From Coriobacteriia bacterium (lineage in GTDB: Bacteria; Actinomycetota; Coriobacteriia; Anaerosomatales; PALSA-660): 64,000 nucleotides of DNA. A program made the translations under genes and the position numbers. Under the pieces are notes generated by a model. That model saw only the letters and a list, made by a program, of their open reading frames with translations, was not told where the DNA came from and did not search any database. Below are positions 63,661 to 64,000 of the stretch, piece by piece (the stretch's first letter is position 1; every line of letters starts with the position of its first letter). The stretch covers positions 6,189 through 70,188 of the forward strand of contig DATCIG010000008.1 of the NCBI GenBank assembly GCA_036507895.1, in the 5' to 3' direction.

Positions 63661-64000
63661 TTAGGCGTCTTCCGGCAAGGTCCGAGCGCGGATGCCCGCA
63701 TCCAGTTCGTAGAAGAGCGTGTCCAGCCGGCTCTTGCCCGCTTGACGAGCGGGCATCTGCAGCAAGACCTCGCGCGCTTCAGAGGGGGCGTTCTCGATCG
63801 CCCAGCGGACCTCGCCGTCACCGATACTCGGGTCGCCGGCGTGGTCAAGCTCGAGAGCCAATGCAGCATACGCCGCTGATCCGACGATGTGCTTGGTTTG
63901 GTGGACGTCCGCCAAGGGATGCGTGTAGGCGCTCGCCGCCGCAACGCCGGCGGCACGAGCGGCGGCAGCCGCGGCAGGGTCGCCGACCTCGCGTGCAGCG
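63661..64000 (-). CDS. Ala-rich helical-repeat protein resembling Imm-5-like 'putative immunity protein' families; N-terminus outside the window
   Basis: By hand translation the frame stays open from 63915 to the window edge (...AAREVGDPAAAAAARAAGVAAASAYTHPLADVHQTKHIVGSAAYAALALE...). The family call is from memory of the repeat pattern only. Confidence 0.35.
   Translation of the reverse strand, partial: AAREVGDPAAAAAARAAGVAAASAYTHPLADVHQTKHIVGSAAYAALALELDHAGDPSIGDGEVRWAIENAPSEAREVLLQMPARQAGKSRLDTLFYELDAGIRARTLPEDA

Noticed and set aside
1-64000. Looked for CRISPR arrays, rRNA/tRNA genes, transposases, integrases, phage genes, and toxin-antitoxin or known defence-system genes.
   Set aside because: None were recognised. 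Intergenic gaps are short, no repeat-spacer periodicity was seen, and every sizeable ORF has a housekeeping-type assignment or is listed above as unknown.

Overview
The window is a GC-rich (about two-thirds G+C by eye, not computed), densely coding bacterial chromosome segment. It holds about 60 protein genes, and many neighbours are linked by 4-nt ATGA/GTGA stop/start overlaps. I could not recognise any rRNA, tRNA, CRISPR array, transposase, integrase or prophage gene, so this looks like core genome rather than an island. The gene content is RNase Y + SpoVS, LexA/RecA with GAAC-N4-GTTC SOS boxes, indolepyruvate:ferredoxin oxidoreductase, a HydBC/NuoEF-type formate dehydrogenase, and an FHA-MerR pair next to the gcv genes. 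That combination suggests an anaerobic high-GC Gram-positive, probably a Coriobacteriia-like Actinomycetota (inference only). Gene order: cinA'-thpR-recA-recX-rny-GNAT-GHKL ATPase-spoVS-PHP-miaB-(LigB/Memo::AMMECR1)-miaA-dapF-dapL-hflX (+ strand); lexA divergent from a LysM gene; nrdR-dut-nudix; two NCS2 nucleobase permeases. Then a long minus-strand run: iorAB-ACT-paaK-SH3-small protein, NlpC/P60, apt, RCK K+-channel-like gene, hpt, small unknown, MerR, FHA, RsiG-like protein, lipoate ligase, gcvPB/PA/H/T, DD-carboxypeptidase. Next come a degenerate GGDEF gene, a second ACT-paaK pair, VanW/G5, pgsA-corA, cls, a nuoE/nuoF-like + fdhA formate dehydrogenase, a YehZYXW/OpuC-type osmoprotectant ABC transporter, a D-Cys desulfhydrase/ACC deaminase family gene, ClC, two coupled flavoproteins, an ABC-F ATPase, and a truncated Imm5-like gene at the 3' edge. 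I found no clear-cut novel multi-gene system. The best leads are: (1) an RsiG-like protein carrying one near-canonical c-di-GMP helix motif inside the gcv-FHA-MerR cluster, with a degenerate, I-site-retaining GGDEF protein 7 kb away; (2) a LigB/Memo::AMMECR1 fusion translationally coupled into the miaB-miaA tRNA-modification operon; (3) a GNAT-GHKL ATPase pair sitting where Bacillus has ymdB, between rny and spoVS; (4) an AT-rich inverted motif (TCAAGT...TTTACATAAGA) bracketing the two permease genes, the second copy facing a 310-bp hairpin-rich non-coding gap (candidate sRNA); (5) an RCK channel with a non-canonical GGVGYRE filter embedded between hpt and apt. All family assignments come from motif recognition by eye. 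No database search was run.
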